A DNA stretch of 64,000 nt from Kudoa neothunni (taxonomy: Eukaryota > Animalia > Cnidaria), in contig OZ199838.1 of the NCBI GenBank assembly GCA_964304625.1, positions 7,611,266-7,675,265 of the forward strand. Direction: 5' to 3'. Both the position numbers and the translations under genes were made by a program. Positions 39,913 through 52,800 of the stretch are shown one piece after another. Every line of letters begins with the position of its first letter. The first letter of the stretch is position 1. The notes under the pieces are model-generated. The model was given only the letters and a program-made list of their open reading frames with translations, did no database searches and was not told the origin of the DNA.

Positions 39913-39975
39913 TTAACTTTCCGAGCGCCTGAAAATCGACTTTACACATTCCTTCTTTGGGGTCCAATGGACCTC
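39913..39975. mobile_element. Orphan piggyBac-type terminus
   Basis: TTAACTTTCCGAGCGCCTGAAAATCGACTTTACACATT is similar to the reverse complement of about 55647-55690. Confidence 0.55.
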
Positions 39976-40359
39976 ACATTTTCTTAGCTTGAATTATGCA
40001 TAAAAATGAAATAAGTAATTTACCAAACTATGAGAGAAAACTATCGATAAAATATTGGAAAACGTTACAACTATAACATCGCCGGTTGTTAACGATGATT
40101 ACAGAAACATTTAAAAGGTTAAATTAGGCATCAAATTTAACGAGTTTAGCTTCTTTTTTAATATAAAGGGTTTTAATAAAAAATATATATCATTCTCCAT
40201 AAAATAAATCTTAAAAATTGTTTCCTTCGTAATTAATTTATTAATAATCACACCCGATAATACCCGCAATACATATTGTTCCAAAATACATAAAATGCGA
40301 GATACATGGGGTGATCAAAAAGTATCGAGACTTTTTAAATAAAAAAATATATACAAATA

Positions 40360-42315
40360 CAGTAGGCAATCGATTTTTCGTACTTTTCGGAGCGTGCTCG
40401 TTTTGAGAATCATGATGGACGGGGAGTGATTTAAATTGTTTTTCATTAAAATTTATCACATTTTCTGTTTAATTTAATATAGTATAAATAATTAAAAATA
40501 CCCCCGTTTAATTCCATCACTGATATGAGTAAATTTAATTTTTTTATAGTTTAATTGGCATTCAACATTTATTTCATAACCTTATTTATTTTACTTATAA
40601 ATTTTCTTTATAATTTCATCTTTGTGATTAAATAAAAATTCATTCTGTTGTAAAGTTTGAGCTTTTGATTTCGAATTAAATTATTGTAGCTACAAGAAAC
40701 GATAGTAATGGTTTTTATCTTATCTCGTCAATTTTGATAATCAATAATGAAAAATTGCTAATAGAAACAAAAAAAAACTGAGACGACTTTATGAATCGCT
40801 TTTGTGGAAATAATCAGTTATCTTAGTTTGGTTAAATTTTTTTGAACAATACGTTTGACAGCGTACTTTCCAGTTTTATGACCAAGTTGTATTCGTCAAT
40901 GGCATTACACTTTGCGAAAATTTAAAGTTTTTTAATTGATTCTATAATTTCCTTCGAAGAAATATCGTCGATTGATAAATTTGAGAATATATTGACATCA
41001 TAGTGGTTCTTTCACCCTTATTATTTATGCTGTATGTTAACTGAATCTTCATTATCCATACAAAATTATCGTGCTCCTCTAGAATCATCTAGTCAATTTC
41101 TGTTAGTTCATGGAGTGTAATTTCATTATTTATATCTTTATCGCTAGCAAAAAAAAAATTAGCTTTAAAACAATTTAACATGGTCTTATTGCTAACAGAC
41201 TCCCACGCTTCTTTAGTTAAAAATATAGATTCCAGATAATCTGGGGAAGTTGAGAGAGAGTCAGCATCTGTGAACTCAAAAAATGTTTTATAATGTCTCT
41301 TTTATATGCCGTTTTGAACGAATATATAATACACTGATTTATAGGCTGAAAAACACTTATCGTATTTTGAGGACGAAAAACCATTTTTATATGGCTTAAA
41401 TCGTTGTGGAAATTAGAAATTGCATCGTCGAATATTAAATAATTTTATTGGAATTTATTCAAAAAACTTATTTAAATCAGTTATATATTTTATAAACATA
41501 TGATCAGTCATTCATGCTTTTTCGCAGCACTCATACTTTAGTAGAAGCTTGTTATGCTTTTTTTCTCTTTTTTTATTCGGTTATAGACATTCTCTTTAGT
41601 TGTGACATAGCTCTTTCCTAAAACTATGTAAACATATACGAACAAAAATTTTAGCTCTTGTTGCTGATAGTGTAGCGCAGTTTCTTCGATTTTAAAAACA
41701 CAATCGGGTGAGCAGCCCCTTATTATATCTAAAAACATCGAAATCCACTTTTAGTTATTTCGCTGTCAACGATACAAAAATCATCATGATAATTTTGCCA
41801 TTTTAGATTGAATACTGATTATAACCCCTTAAACTTAAACCGTCGGTTATTGATGAATCCACACACGAATCATTTGAGCACAATCCTCTCATTTTATTAA
41901 TCATATTAATAAAGTTAGCTCTATTTTTTGAGCGCATCAAATTAATCCACTCAAACTTCTTCGAATCAAGTTCTTTGTTGGTGTTATATTTCAATTTTTT
42001 TCGATGAAGCTAGCCCATCTTCATGGGATTTCACTATTTCTTCTCTCTTATTAAGAATGCCATCCAATGTTGAAATTGTAAGAAAGTTTAAAATATCGAG
42101 CAGTAGTCTTCTCCGCTCCCTTATTAGATAAGTGTTCAAAAAATTCGATTATTTCAAATTCTTCCTTAATTGTTATGCTTTTTTTAATTCAATTTTAATT
42201 TAATATGATATTCTAATATTGAATCTTTACTTTTACAGAAACTTTCAGAATAAACGAGAAACAAGAAGTTAAAAAGTACGAAAAACCCGTAGTACGAAAA
42301 ATCGATTGCCTACTG
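40360..42315 (-). mobile_element. Degenerate pogo/Tigger element nested in the mariner
   Basis: Perfect 25-bp TIR CAGTAGGCAATCGATTTTTCGTACT, TA TSD, remnants FKIEETALHYQ and SVFQPINQCII. Confidence 0.93.
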
Positions 42316-42334
42316 TATATAATGAATTTTTTTA

Positions 42335-44338
42335 GGCAGTGGCTATTGCAACGGATCCGTTTAACCCGCATGCTCGGACTGTCTATTGCAACGGGAGGAA
42401 ATAACTCGAAAACTAACATGTCTATAAAAATTTCAATTTCGTTTTTATAATAAATGATTTTTTCGCCAAAAAGTTAAACTATTATAAAAGAAATCCAAGA
42501 TAACAAATTTTCGCATTTTATGGCAATGAATTCAGAGGTTAAAAATTATTTTTAAGTCCTTAATTAGCGATTTATAATTTATAAATAAAATTATCTTTTC
42601 CATAATTCAGATTAATATAAATTGTTTCAAATAAAAGATCCAAATTCACCGGACTTGCGCATGAATGAAGAAGCACCGCTATATCGCTAAAGACAATAAT
42701 AATGCACTGTTAACATATCGCGTAAAATGTTAGATCTTTTTATTTCGCGATCCTAATTTTCTACATTTTAAATGATCTATCTTTTCGCTATATAAAGATA
42801 CAAATTAGCTTTATTATACCGCAATTTATCTAGGCATTAATAACATGAAGAAAATTTTTGATTTCCATCTATTAATTATTTTATTTATATAGTTAATTGT
42901 TTTATTATTTATTCTACTTTCTTTTTCTAGGAAGGTCAACAACCGTAAGCGCAGCACCTCTAGGACGCCCAACACTCATTACTTTAGATCAGGGGCCGGC
43001 AACCCTATTAGGTTGCCGGTCCGGATAATCATGTCAAACTAGGAGGAAGGCCAGAATATATTTAAATCCAGTAGATGTAATAAATTTTTCACAATACAAT
43101 TGAAAATTGGATTAGTAAATTTATATTTTGAAATTTAAAATAATATATTTTTATCTTAACGAGAAAAAGAAACATAACGAACGTGAATGTTCGATACTTT
43201 TATGAAGGAATTACTGGTTTTATACAATTTTTAATTTCATAATTTACCTGATATTTTTGGTGCTGAATTTAAACGTTTATAGATTCAAATTATTGTTCTA
43301 AATCGTAAAGAGCAATAATTAAACGTTTCTATTAGCTACAATAAAACTAATATCGTACAATCAGTAAAAATAAGTAAGGAATTTACTCGGGGAAAAATTT
43401 TAATTTTTTTAAAAGCACTTTTATGTTTCAAAAAAGGGAATAATACTTAAGTAACATAGTTCACATTGCTATTAAGCTTATGTATATGCTGAAGAGATCG
43501 AACTTAAAAGTTGGGGAAATTATATAAGCACCGTCAACAAAATTAACTTTATCAATGACATCCCTTGTAGGCCGGATGAGGAAAGCTCCTGGGCCAAATT
43601 TGGTCCGGGGGACGGTCGTTGCCGAACTCTGTCTTAAAAGGATCTTGATTTTATTATGATAATCATATCTTGGTTTTTATGTAGAGAATTATTACCCATT
43701 ACCCTCAAATTATTGCTACGTAACATCGAATCAAGGAAATGACACATTATTCCTTAAAAACTACCATATCTTTAACAAACAATCTATTTTTAAAGTCCTA
43801 TATATAGTATAAATAAATCTAACTCGAAATCATAGATTCGTGTTCATTTCGTAGATTGAGACAGCTTTAAATACAATGAGTTGTACATTGATACACATTA
43901 CTCATATTATAAATTCTGAGAAAAAATTTTTTAATTAATGTGTTAATAATTCTCCATAATAGCATGTACCGAATCAGAGGGATGTTAACCGACGAAAGAA
44001 CCAGTACCACTAGTTAACTAAATCTTACGTAATGGCGCGGACTCCCGAGCGTGGTAATTCATACTATAGAAAGCATACGATTTACATAAAATTTTTGCAA
44101 TTATGAAAGTTTATTGTCTTAGAAAGCTTTTTTTAGTGTTCCTACGATCTATCAAATCAAAATGACATTATAAAGTTACTTAATTTTCAATAACAGCCTT
44201 GAAAATTCCACCATATTATATTTCCCCCAAAATTTGAAATTATTTTGAGAAAAAATCATTTATTATAAAAACGAAATTGAAATTTTTATAGACATGTTAG
44301 TTTTCGAGTTATTTCCTCCCGTTGCAATAGCCACTGCC
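42335..44338. mobile_element. Non-coding long-TIR element with 8-bp TSD (Merlin- or Mutator-like MITE)
   Basis: Ends GGCAGTGGCTATTGCAACGG, inverted identity extending about 90 bp, TTTTTTTA duplicated on both sides. Confidence 0.85.
42990..43631. mobile_element. hAT-type MITE nested in the long-TIR element
   Basis: Ends CAGGGGCCGGCAAC ... GTTGCCGAACTCTG with GGCCGG-rich subterminal sequence. The TSD is not preserved. Confidence 0.6.
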
Positions 44339-45596
44339 TTTTTTTAATCTCCTTCGAAATACTCTCCGTCTGCATCAATACATTTTTTCCAGCGTTGCTT
44401 CCACTGAAGGAAGCTTTCTAAAAAATCATTTTTATTCAGCGTCTTAAGCTGCTCCATCGCATTCTGTTTTATTTCCTCAATGGAGTGGAATCTCCTTCCT
44501 TTAAGTTGGAATTTAATTTTTGGGAATAGGAAAAAGTCGCATGGAGCAAGATCTAGTGAGCATGGAGGATGTTGTAACTGAGGAACGTTCATCTTGATTA
44601 AAAAATTTCGAATTTTTAAAGACTTGTGTGAGAGAGCATTATCGTGATGTAGTATCCAACGTACCGAGGAATGCATATGGGGTCGTTTACGACGAATAGC
44701 ATCCCGTAAATTCCGCAAAACTCTGAGGTAATACTCACTTGTAACTGTACAGGCTTCAGGTGCGTATTTATAATAAATTATCCCCTGGATATCAAAAAAT
44801 ACTGTGAGTAACACTTTAATTTTACTCCGAACTTGGTGGGTCTTCTTTGGTCTGGGTGACGATGGTGTTTTCCAAATGGAAAATTGAACTTTTGTTTCGG
44901 GATCATAACCATACACCCATGTTTCATCACCTGTTACAATAAAATTCATGAATTCATCGTCTGCTGATGAGCGTTGAAATAATAAGCCGCAATTCTTTCC
45001 GCTCAGACGTGAGCACTCGCGGGACAAATTTGGCGGCAACTCTTCTCATACGAAGATCATCAGTCAAAATAGCTTGACATGATCCAAAAGATATTCCAAT
45101 ATCATTATAATTTTCCCTAATGGTAAGTCTACGTTCGGAATCGATCATATCCTTAACATCATTAATCTTTTCATGATTTCTGCTAGTTGAAAGTCGACCA
45201 GAACGATCCAAACACTCTATTTCTACCCATGGAATTGTCTACAAATGCTTTTTGAATCATTTCATAAGCCTCGGTACTGTTTTTCCCTAGTTTTACACAG
45301 AATTTAATATAAATTCTCTGCTCGTGGTTTTCTGATATTCTCGCGAGCGACGTCGGCAGATTTCGCGACTAAAACAACCAGCTGCCATATTTTATTTTAT
45401 TATTCATTCGTTAAATTGTTGTTGCAAAAATATGCGAATATATATTTTTTATAACATTCTATTTTTTTAAATATATCTTGGTCGTACGAGGAGATATTTA
45501 AAAAGTCTCGATACTTTTTAATCAGCCTATGTATATTCAATAAAAATAAATTTTTTCATAATTATGATGTGAAGGTTAAATGTGCTTAATCTAATC

Positions 45597-48500
45597 CAGG
45601 GCTTCCCTATTGGGGGTGCGGATAATAGGTTTCCGTTTACCAAGATCATTAAACGATTATAATTACAAAATATTAAAGTAGTGAAATGTTTGGTATCGAA
45701 AATGGTAAGTAAGATATCATCTAAAAAATCTTTATGTGAATGAAGCATAATACTAAATTTTTCCCTAATAATTTTATAAATATAAAAATTTCATAAAATC
45801 TAAAACTAAGAAATTAAAAACAATGTCCCGACATATACATTATGTCAGATCGAAATAAATCGTTTAGGCTCTAATCTTAATTATGACAGTCAAAATGTGT
45901 CGACTACATCTCGCTTAATCACGTTGCGTTAACCATTTTTTCGTTTTTTGATGAATTTGTATTTACTAGTAAAATAAAAAATCGCATTACAACAATATTA
46001 AATTCAGTTTAAATTATTTTATTTATATGTTGAGATACCACATTTTGAAATAGTTAATATTGGATTGAAATATCATTCATCAACCCAGTTGAAGATACAT
46101 TCTTAAATTAATTATTCAATGTGATCTTCAAAGGTTTTTATTTTCATGATTCAAAAGAAATCTTATCAAATAATATTAAGAATACTGTGGTAGAATTAAC
46201 AAGTTTTTAAACTTTGGGTGAATACAGAAATTAACAAAAATTCAATTCATGATATAAACTTATGCATTAAAACAAATTAAAAATGTACTGTTTATATATA
46301 CGTTATTCCGAAAAGTACAATATTTAGCTTTTTTTTATTTTGGAATTTTTACCTACAAAATCAAATCTAAAAAGGTCAAAAAATGTAGTTTCATTTTTTT
46401 TCCTAACAAGCATAAATTAATCTGCATAAAAACAGTTTATAATATAATTTTACAAAAATAATTATAATTTGTTTATGTTTAAACAAAACTCCCCGAAAAT
46501 ATTTATAAATTAAAAAAAATGTTTATACTTACAATAAAGGCTTATACACGAGATTTAATTAAATATGACTACTAAAACATTCATAATAAATAAATAGGAT
46601 TGTAAAAAAAATAAACAAAATTTCGAAGTAAGAACGAACATAATGGAGATAACACGTGCTCTAAGTCTCATTTTGTTACAATCTATAAATTTAGAAGTAA
46701 CCTTTGTGGTGATACTATAGAGTCCATAATTTCTTGCTTTAAAAAAAAATATGAAAAGAAAAATTTGATTAGTGAAGATGTTCTTTAGATGCCACAATCT
46801 TCATTATTACACTGTCAATTAGAGAATAAAATTCCCCAATCCTGCAAGATTTGCATGCTTTTGTGTAATATTTAATAAGACAAATTTTTTACTTAATCTC
46901 GTTAGCTGAATATTGTCACCCACAAATAAACAAACAATAAAAAAATCCAATAATAAAACCCTAAATAACTAATGAAGTTATCAATGTTAATTAAATAATA
47001 ATAGATTGTGAACCAACTTTGGATAATTTGTATACTTCCTTAAATCATAAGTGAGGTAACTGATTCAAGAAGAGTAAAATATTTAGTGTAAACATGTTTT
47101 CAAATGAAGGATAAATACTAATTATGTCCTTTCCTATTTTTAAGCCTAAAGTTTTTTTCAATATGGCAAGCCACCAAAAAGTTAGGAGATGGAACGAAAA
47201 ATAAGCCAAATCCGGTTTACCAAAAAACTCGTTGATGGTGTTGAAAAACCACAATGCGTTTTTTGTAATGTTGTTTATTCAAATTCCAACTTAAAGCCAT
47301 CAAAGTTGCTTCAACATTTTAAGAACAAACATGGAGGTAAAACATATATAGGAAACGATATCCAGTCATTAAAAGTGAAAAGAGCGCGCTATGATTTAAA
47401 GGGAACACTTCCTAAATTGGGGTTCATTTCCCTAGATAAATCCTTGCTTCTCACTTCATTCAAAATAACTTATGAAGTGGCAAAAGAAAAAAAACCTCAC
47501 AGTATTGCAGAGACGTTGATAAAACCATGCATTTTGGAGGCAGAAAAGATTGTTTTGGATGAAGAAGCAGCACAAAAACTCAAAGGGATACCACTATCCA
47601 ACAATGTTATCCGCAATAATATTGATGAGATAAGTGCTGATATTCTTGATCAAATAGTTTCGGATATCAAAGCATCTCCAATGCAAATTTCACTCCAGCT
47701 GGATGAGTCAACAGATGTCGATAATTGTAGTCAGCTCATCACTTTCGTAAGATATGTGAAATCGACTTCGTTTGAGGAAGACTTTATTTTGCAAGGCGTT
47801 GAATACAACAACTACTGTAATGGATATTTTCGAAATAGTTAGAGACTTTTTTAACGCCAACGGAATTCCAATCACAACTATTGGATCTATTTGTACCGGT
47901 GGAGCACTCGTCATATTAGGAAATAAATAGGGGTTTGTTACTCATATAATATATCATGTTCCGGAAGTGATAATCACCCATTGTATTTTGCATAGCCAAG
48001 CTCTGATGTCAAAAACCTTTCCGATTGGTCCAAAATCAACAATGGATTATTGTATCAAAATAATAAATTTCGTACGCGGAAGAGCTTTAAATCACAGACT
48101 TTTTAAAGCATTTTGCAATGAAATTAATGAAGAAGCTTCTGTTCTTATCTACCACACAGAAGTAAGATGGTTGTTTCGAGGACGTGTTTTAAGTCGGTTT
48201 TTTGACTTATAATATGAAATCGAGAAATTTTTATTGGATAAAAAATCGGACCTTGCTAATGTTTTCAAGTTCCATAATTTCTCAATAATGTTGGCATATC
48301 TCACTGATATCTTTCAACACTTGAACGAATTAAATTATTCGCTTCAAGGACAAGATATAAATATTATAAATGCTTCTGACAAGTTACGAGCATTTCGCAA
48401 AAAGTTAACTTTATGGATTGTCAGAATAAAAAATAAAAAATTTTGTAATTTTCCATTATTGGAGGAAAATATTAAGAATAAAAATGTGAATTCCGAAATG

Positions 48501-49179
48501 TTGCAAATTGAAATAAAAGGTCATTTGAAAAATTGAAAGATTTTTTTTGACGGCTATTTTTCTACTGGCAACTTAAATGAATCTGATAGCTAGATTGTAA
48601 ATCCATTCGCCTTCCACATAGAAAAAATGGAGAACGATGATGACGAAAAAGAAAATTTGATCGAATTGAGATCGTGCTAATCAATGAAACTGTTGTTTGA
48701 GTCAAGTTTACTTGAGCACTTCTGGTGTCACGCCCTAAATAGTTATCCCCGTTTAGCGAAAAAAGCGCAGAAGATTTTAATTCCATTTGCCACTACGTGG
48801 TTATGTGAAGGGGGTTTTCCTCCTTTTTTATACATAAAAACAAGTATAGAAGCACGTTAAAACCAGAAAATGACTTACGAATAGCATTATCCAACAAAAT
48901 TCCTCGTTTCGATGTTTTAATTGCCAATAAAAAACAGAAAAAAGTCCAAAATGTAACTAATATTTTTTAATTGTTTATTTTACATTTGTATTTTTTTCGC
49001 GTTAAATGGTTAAAAAATGTATATTCCTGCTATTGTTTACAAATTTATCGCGGTTAAAGGAAATATGTGCGCGTTAATCTCATATAATCCGAATTTCAAC
49101 TAATCTTAAAAATAGGGATGTGGAAATCGCCGATACAGTTGCAGGAGGTGTCAAACCCAAAACGAATAGGGAAGCCCTG
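45597..49179 (+). mobile_element. Full-length degenerate hAT Buster-family element (second family)
   Basis: TIR CAGGGCTTCCCTATT and perfect 8-bp TSD ATCTAATC. Transposase pieces at about 47163..48960 contain KPQCVFC, LQLDESTD, HCILH, HTEVRWL, TTWLCEGGF. Confidence 0.96.
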
Positions 49180-49890
49180 ATCTAATCGATCCTTGATTTT
49201 AATTTGATGAAACAAACTATTTAGACAACGTTGTGATAATACTAATGCTGTTTGTCAACAAAAATTAAAAATAATAATAAATGCAATTCATTCCTCCATT
49301 TCTTTTAAATCAAGACTATCAAAACTTTTTTTATTTTTACCATAAGTTTCGGACGATTTTACATGGAGAAACACAGAAAACATTCGTAATGAATTATTAT
49401 ATCTTAAGGAAGCGTTGCGTAACCAATAAATTATTTTCTATACTCAAGAGAAGTAGGAGTAAGAGTTAGTAATCAAGATAAATTAAATATAACTAAAAGT
49501 TTTTATCATAATTAATAGTTGGATTCTTCATTACCAAAAATCTTATTTAAAGAGGACAAAAGTTTTAGGTTAAAATAATTGAGGGTCTTAGTTTTTCTGT
49601 TTTCCAATTCGATATTATGAAAGAATATCGTATTATATCCACTTTATCTTTCAAACAACGAAACTGCTTAGTTCTCTTCAAATGCCCACGAGTCGTAAAT
49701 TTGAGCTGAATCTTATTTTCAGCGAGTTAAAACAAAAACTAAGATTTTAATAATTTATTTTAATTGTTATGTTTTTATTCGAATTATTTTGGTTAGTAAC
49801 AGGATTGTGTAAGTTATTAAATCATGACAAGTGCCCGCGAGCCATCACCTACTGTATATTAAAAGTTTCAAAAATAAGGAGTGTATTTAA

Positions 49891-52800
49891 ACTTCCGAGT
49901 GCTTTTGGGGTCTATTAGACCCCAGGCCCATATCAAAGATTAGTTTTTGCCCCTTCCAATCAAATTAATTTTCTAAAACTCGGTCTCTTCTTATAATATT
50001 TCTTACACTGTATGCCTGCCAAGTAATTTTTGAATTAACATTAATAAATGAAAAATAAAATAAAAATTATACACTTGCCAGCGAGTTTGTGCGATTATAC
50101 ACGAACCGGGATTATTACGGAAATTTGTCTTCATGGGGGCCTTTAACTAAATATGTTCTACCAATTATAATTCCGACTTACGTGAAATCATTGATTCCTC
50201 CAACTTTATAGATTATGCCACGAATTTATCTGAATATGATGTCAATAACCTTATCTGGGCTGCAGAAGTTTTAAAACCCTCCAAAATGCTAAAAGGAAAC
50301 TTTTTACGTAAGGCCTCTAGCCTTACGAATGTTGCAGCTCAGAGAATCTTTCATATAACAGGTTTTGGGCATATTTTTGGATGGCAATCTTTGCAGAAAT
50401 GTTCCGTGTAATGCCAATATGCTTAACTTTCATTATTATAATCATTGTTGCAAAGAGCTTTCAGTTATTGAAAATGGTTCTTACCATGGTTAGAACACTT
50501 AGAGCTAATTAGAGGAATGTTCAGCGTATAATGAAAAAAATGAAACAAAGGAGTCATTTTGCACACTTTTTCTATTTAATGAAAAGAAAATCCTGACCTC
50601 TAAGTCATTAAAATAATAAGGATTTGTTAATTTTAACTAATTCAACAGCTTATACAAATATATTGAACGATGAAAGAAAGAAGCCAGGTAGCATCAATTA
50701 TTATAACAAAATTAAATGAGCTATTGATACGGTTGATCGGATTTTCGCTTCCACAAGCTTAAAATAATATTACATAGACAGCCAGCAGTTATTTTTTATA
50801 ACATCGACATAAATCTCTTAAACGCGCTTTGCTTATACAAAATCATATTCATTGATGACAAAATCAAGAGCCTAATTTTTAGAGAATCTCGCTATCGCAT
50901 TCCGTTCCTTCAGCAGTTCCTTGGTGTTAAATTTGCAACTAAATTAAGAGCTGGAAATATAATTAGCACCAATATTGTTCCAAAAAATCCCGTAAACAAT
51001 GCATATACGTGTTGTATGTAAGAAACATTGCTGCGAAGAACATTCAGATCGTTGGGCACAAATAAATGTCTGGATTACCTTATAATTTTCATATTTTTTC
51101 GTAATGAGATTTCTGTTTTGACGTACGTATTAAATTGTTAATTAGAGAAAGAACATCGATTTTATTGTAGATCTGATATAAATAATGATAATACCGTCCC
51201 CTTAAACTCACAGATAATAATAGGGAAGGTCACAGAAAGTAAATTTTAACTTATACATTGATATATGCGTTTAAGTTGAACGTTGGGGACCTTTTTAGTT
51301 AATTTTGTTGATAACTATTTCGCCGTGCCGTAAAGTTTTAATCTAATTAATTATATATGAGATAATTTATAACACTTTTTAAATATTTCTGAAAGTTTTT
51401 CTTAAATAATATTTCGTCAAAATTTATTTAACAAGAATATATAGTAATGGATCGGTCGTATATAATCCCCTTGGGGATGAGTAAATTGTGAATACTACCG
51501 GTCCCGGCTGGATAGTATGTCAGACACGTGCCGTCATGGTAGGCAAGGTAGGCAGTGCCTACCCTATTGAATCAAAATTAATTAATTTTATTAAGATAAA
51601 ATCCCTTTTATCTCAAAACCACAATAATCATTCAAATATTCTTAAAAAATTACAAAATATTCGAGGTATTAGTAGCACGATAGGCACAAGTCGCCTCTGC
51701 CTTCTAATCGTTATATAAAATCCACGTAAAATTTCGTGACTAGCACGTGCCGCATCATTCTGCGCAACACTGCGTTTTTAATGGCCGACCGTAGGCAGTA
51801 TAAATTCTGCCTACTATTGGGTCACGTGATCTTTCTAAAATATTCCAGTTGCGCGTGCATTATTAATTCAAATAAATTGTTCTGTTTCTTCAATTTTTTC
51901 TTAATTTTAATTAAAGGTAATTTTTAAAATACGATAATCTATATGACAACTATACTGGGAATATCGCCCAAAGTTAATACTAATTATTGTCCTACTTGTA
52001 AGAAGAGCCCGCTCCTCTGTTAGTCTTACTTCATCTCTTCAAATATGGGTAGAAGATATCTTAAAGAGTTTTCAAAACTTCCTTATGAAGATAAATTACA
52101 AATTATGAGAAATGGTAGTCTGACTCCTGGTCTTAAAGAACTTAAACAACTGAAAGGAAAGACAATTATCAGGACGTTTAATAATTAGTGATATGAGAAA
52201 AGAGGGGTTATGTGGGTGTGCTGTAACAATAAGGCTATTTTGTTTCCAATGTTTGATTTTTTCGATGACTAATGAAAGTGTGTGGATCAAAGAAGGATAT
52301 TTCGACTTAAACATTTACCAATCGCTTTAAATAAGCATGAGCGATCCGCAACACACTATCAAAATCAAGTTTCATGGAAAACATTTGGATCTATACGCGT
52401 AGAATTGTTTCTTGATAAACAGAAGAATATTTCAATTGAACTTCACAATAAAAATGTTAAGGAAAACAGAAAGATATTGAAAACTTTGATCCGCGCAGTT
52501 TGCCTTTTGATTCAACAAGAACTTACTTTTCGCGGTGATAATGAAAACAAGCTGCCCTTAAATCGTGGTAATTATTTGGAGTTGTCGAATTATACCACAA
52601 AATTTTACGAAAAATTATCGTATCATTTACAGAATTCATCTGTTTTTTCTGGCATTTCTAACAGGATTCAAAATGATCTGATTGAGGCTGTAAAGGTGGT
52701 TTTTGAGAATAATATTAAAAAGGAATTAGCACTGGCTCCGTTCGCTGCGATAGAATCGGATGAGACGACCGATATCTCATGCACATCTCAATGTTCAACA

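Larger units (their letters stand above)
40305..45531 (-). mobile_element. mariner DD34D element expanded by nested insertions
   Basis: TA TSD and about 36-bp TIR CATRGGSTGATYAAAAAGTATCGAGACTTTTTAAAT. Frameshifted transposase (stop at 44344) with VTGDETWVY, HHDNA, DLAPCDFFLF, YFEGD. Confidence 0.94.

Noticed and set aside
44344-45039. Domesticated SETMAR-like or active mariner gene
   Set aside because: The ORF is frameshifted at its 5' end, has no SET domain and lies within ordinary TIRs.
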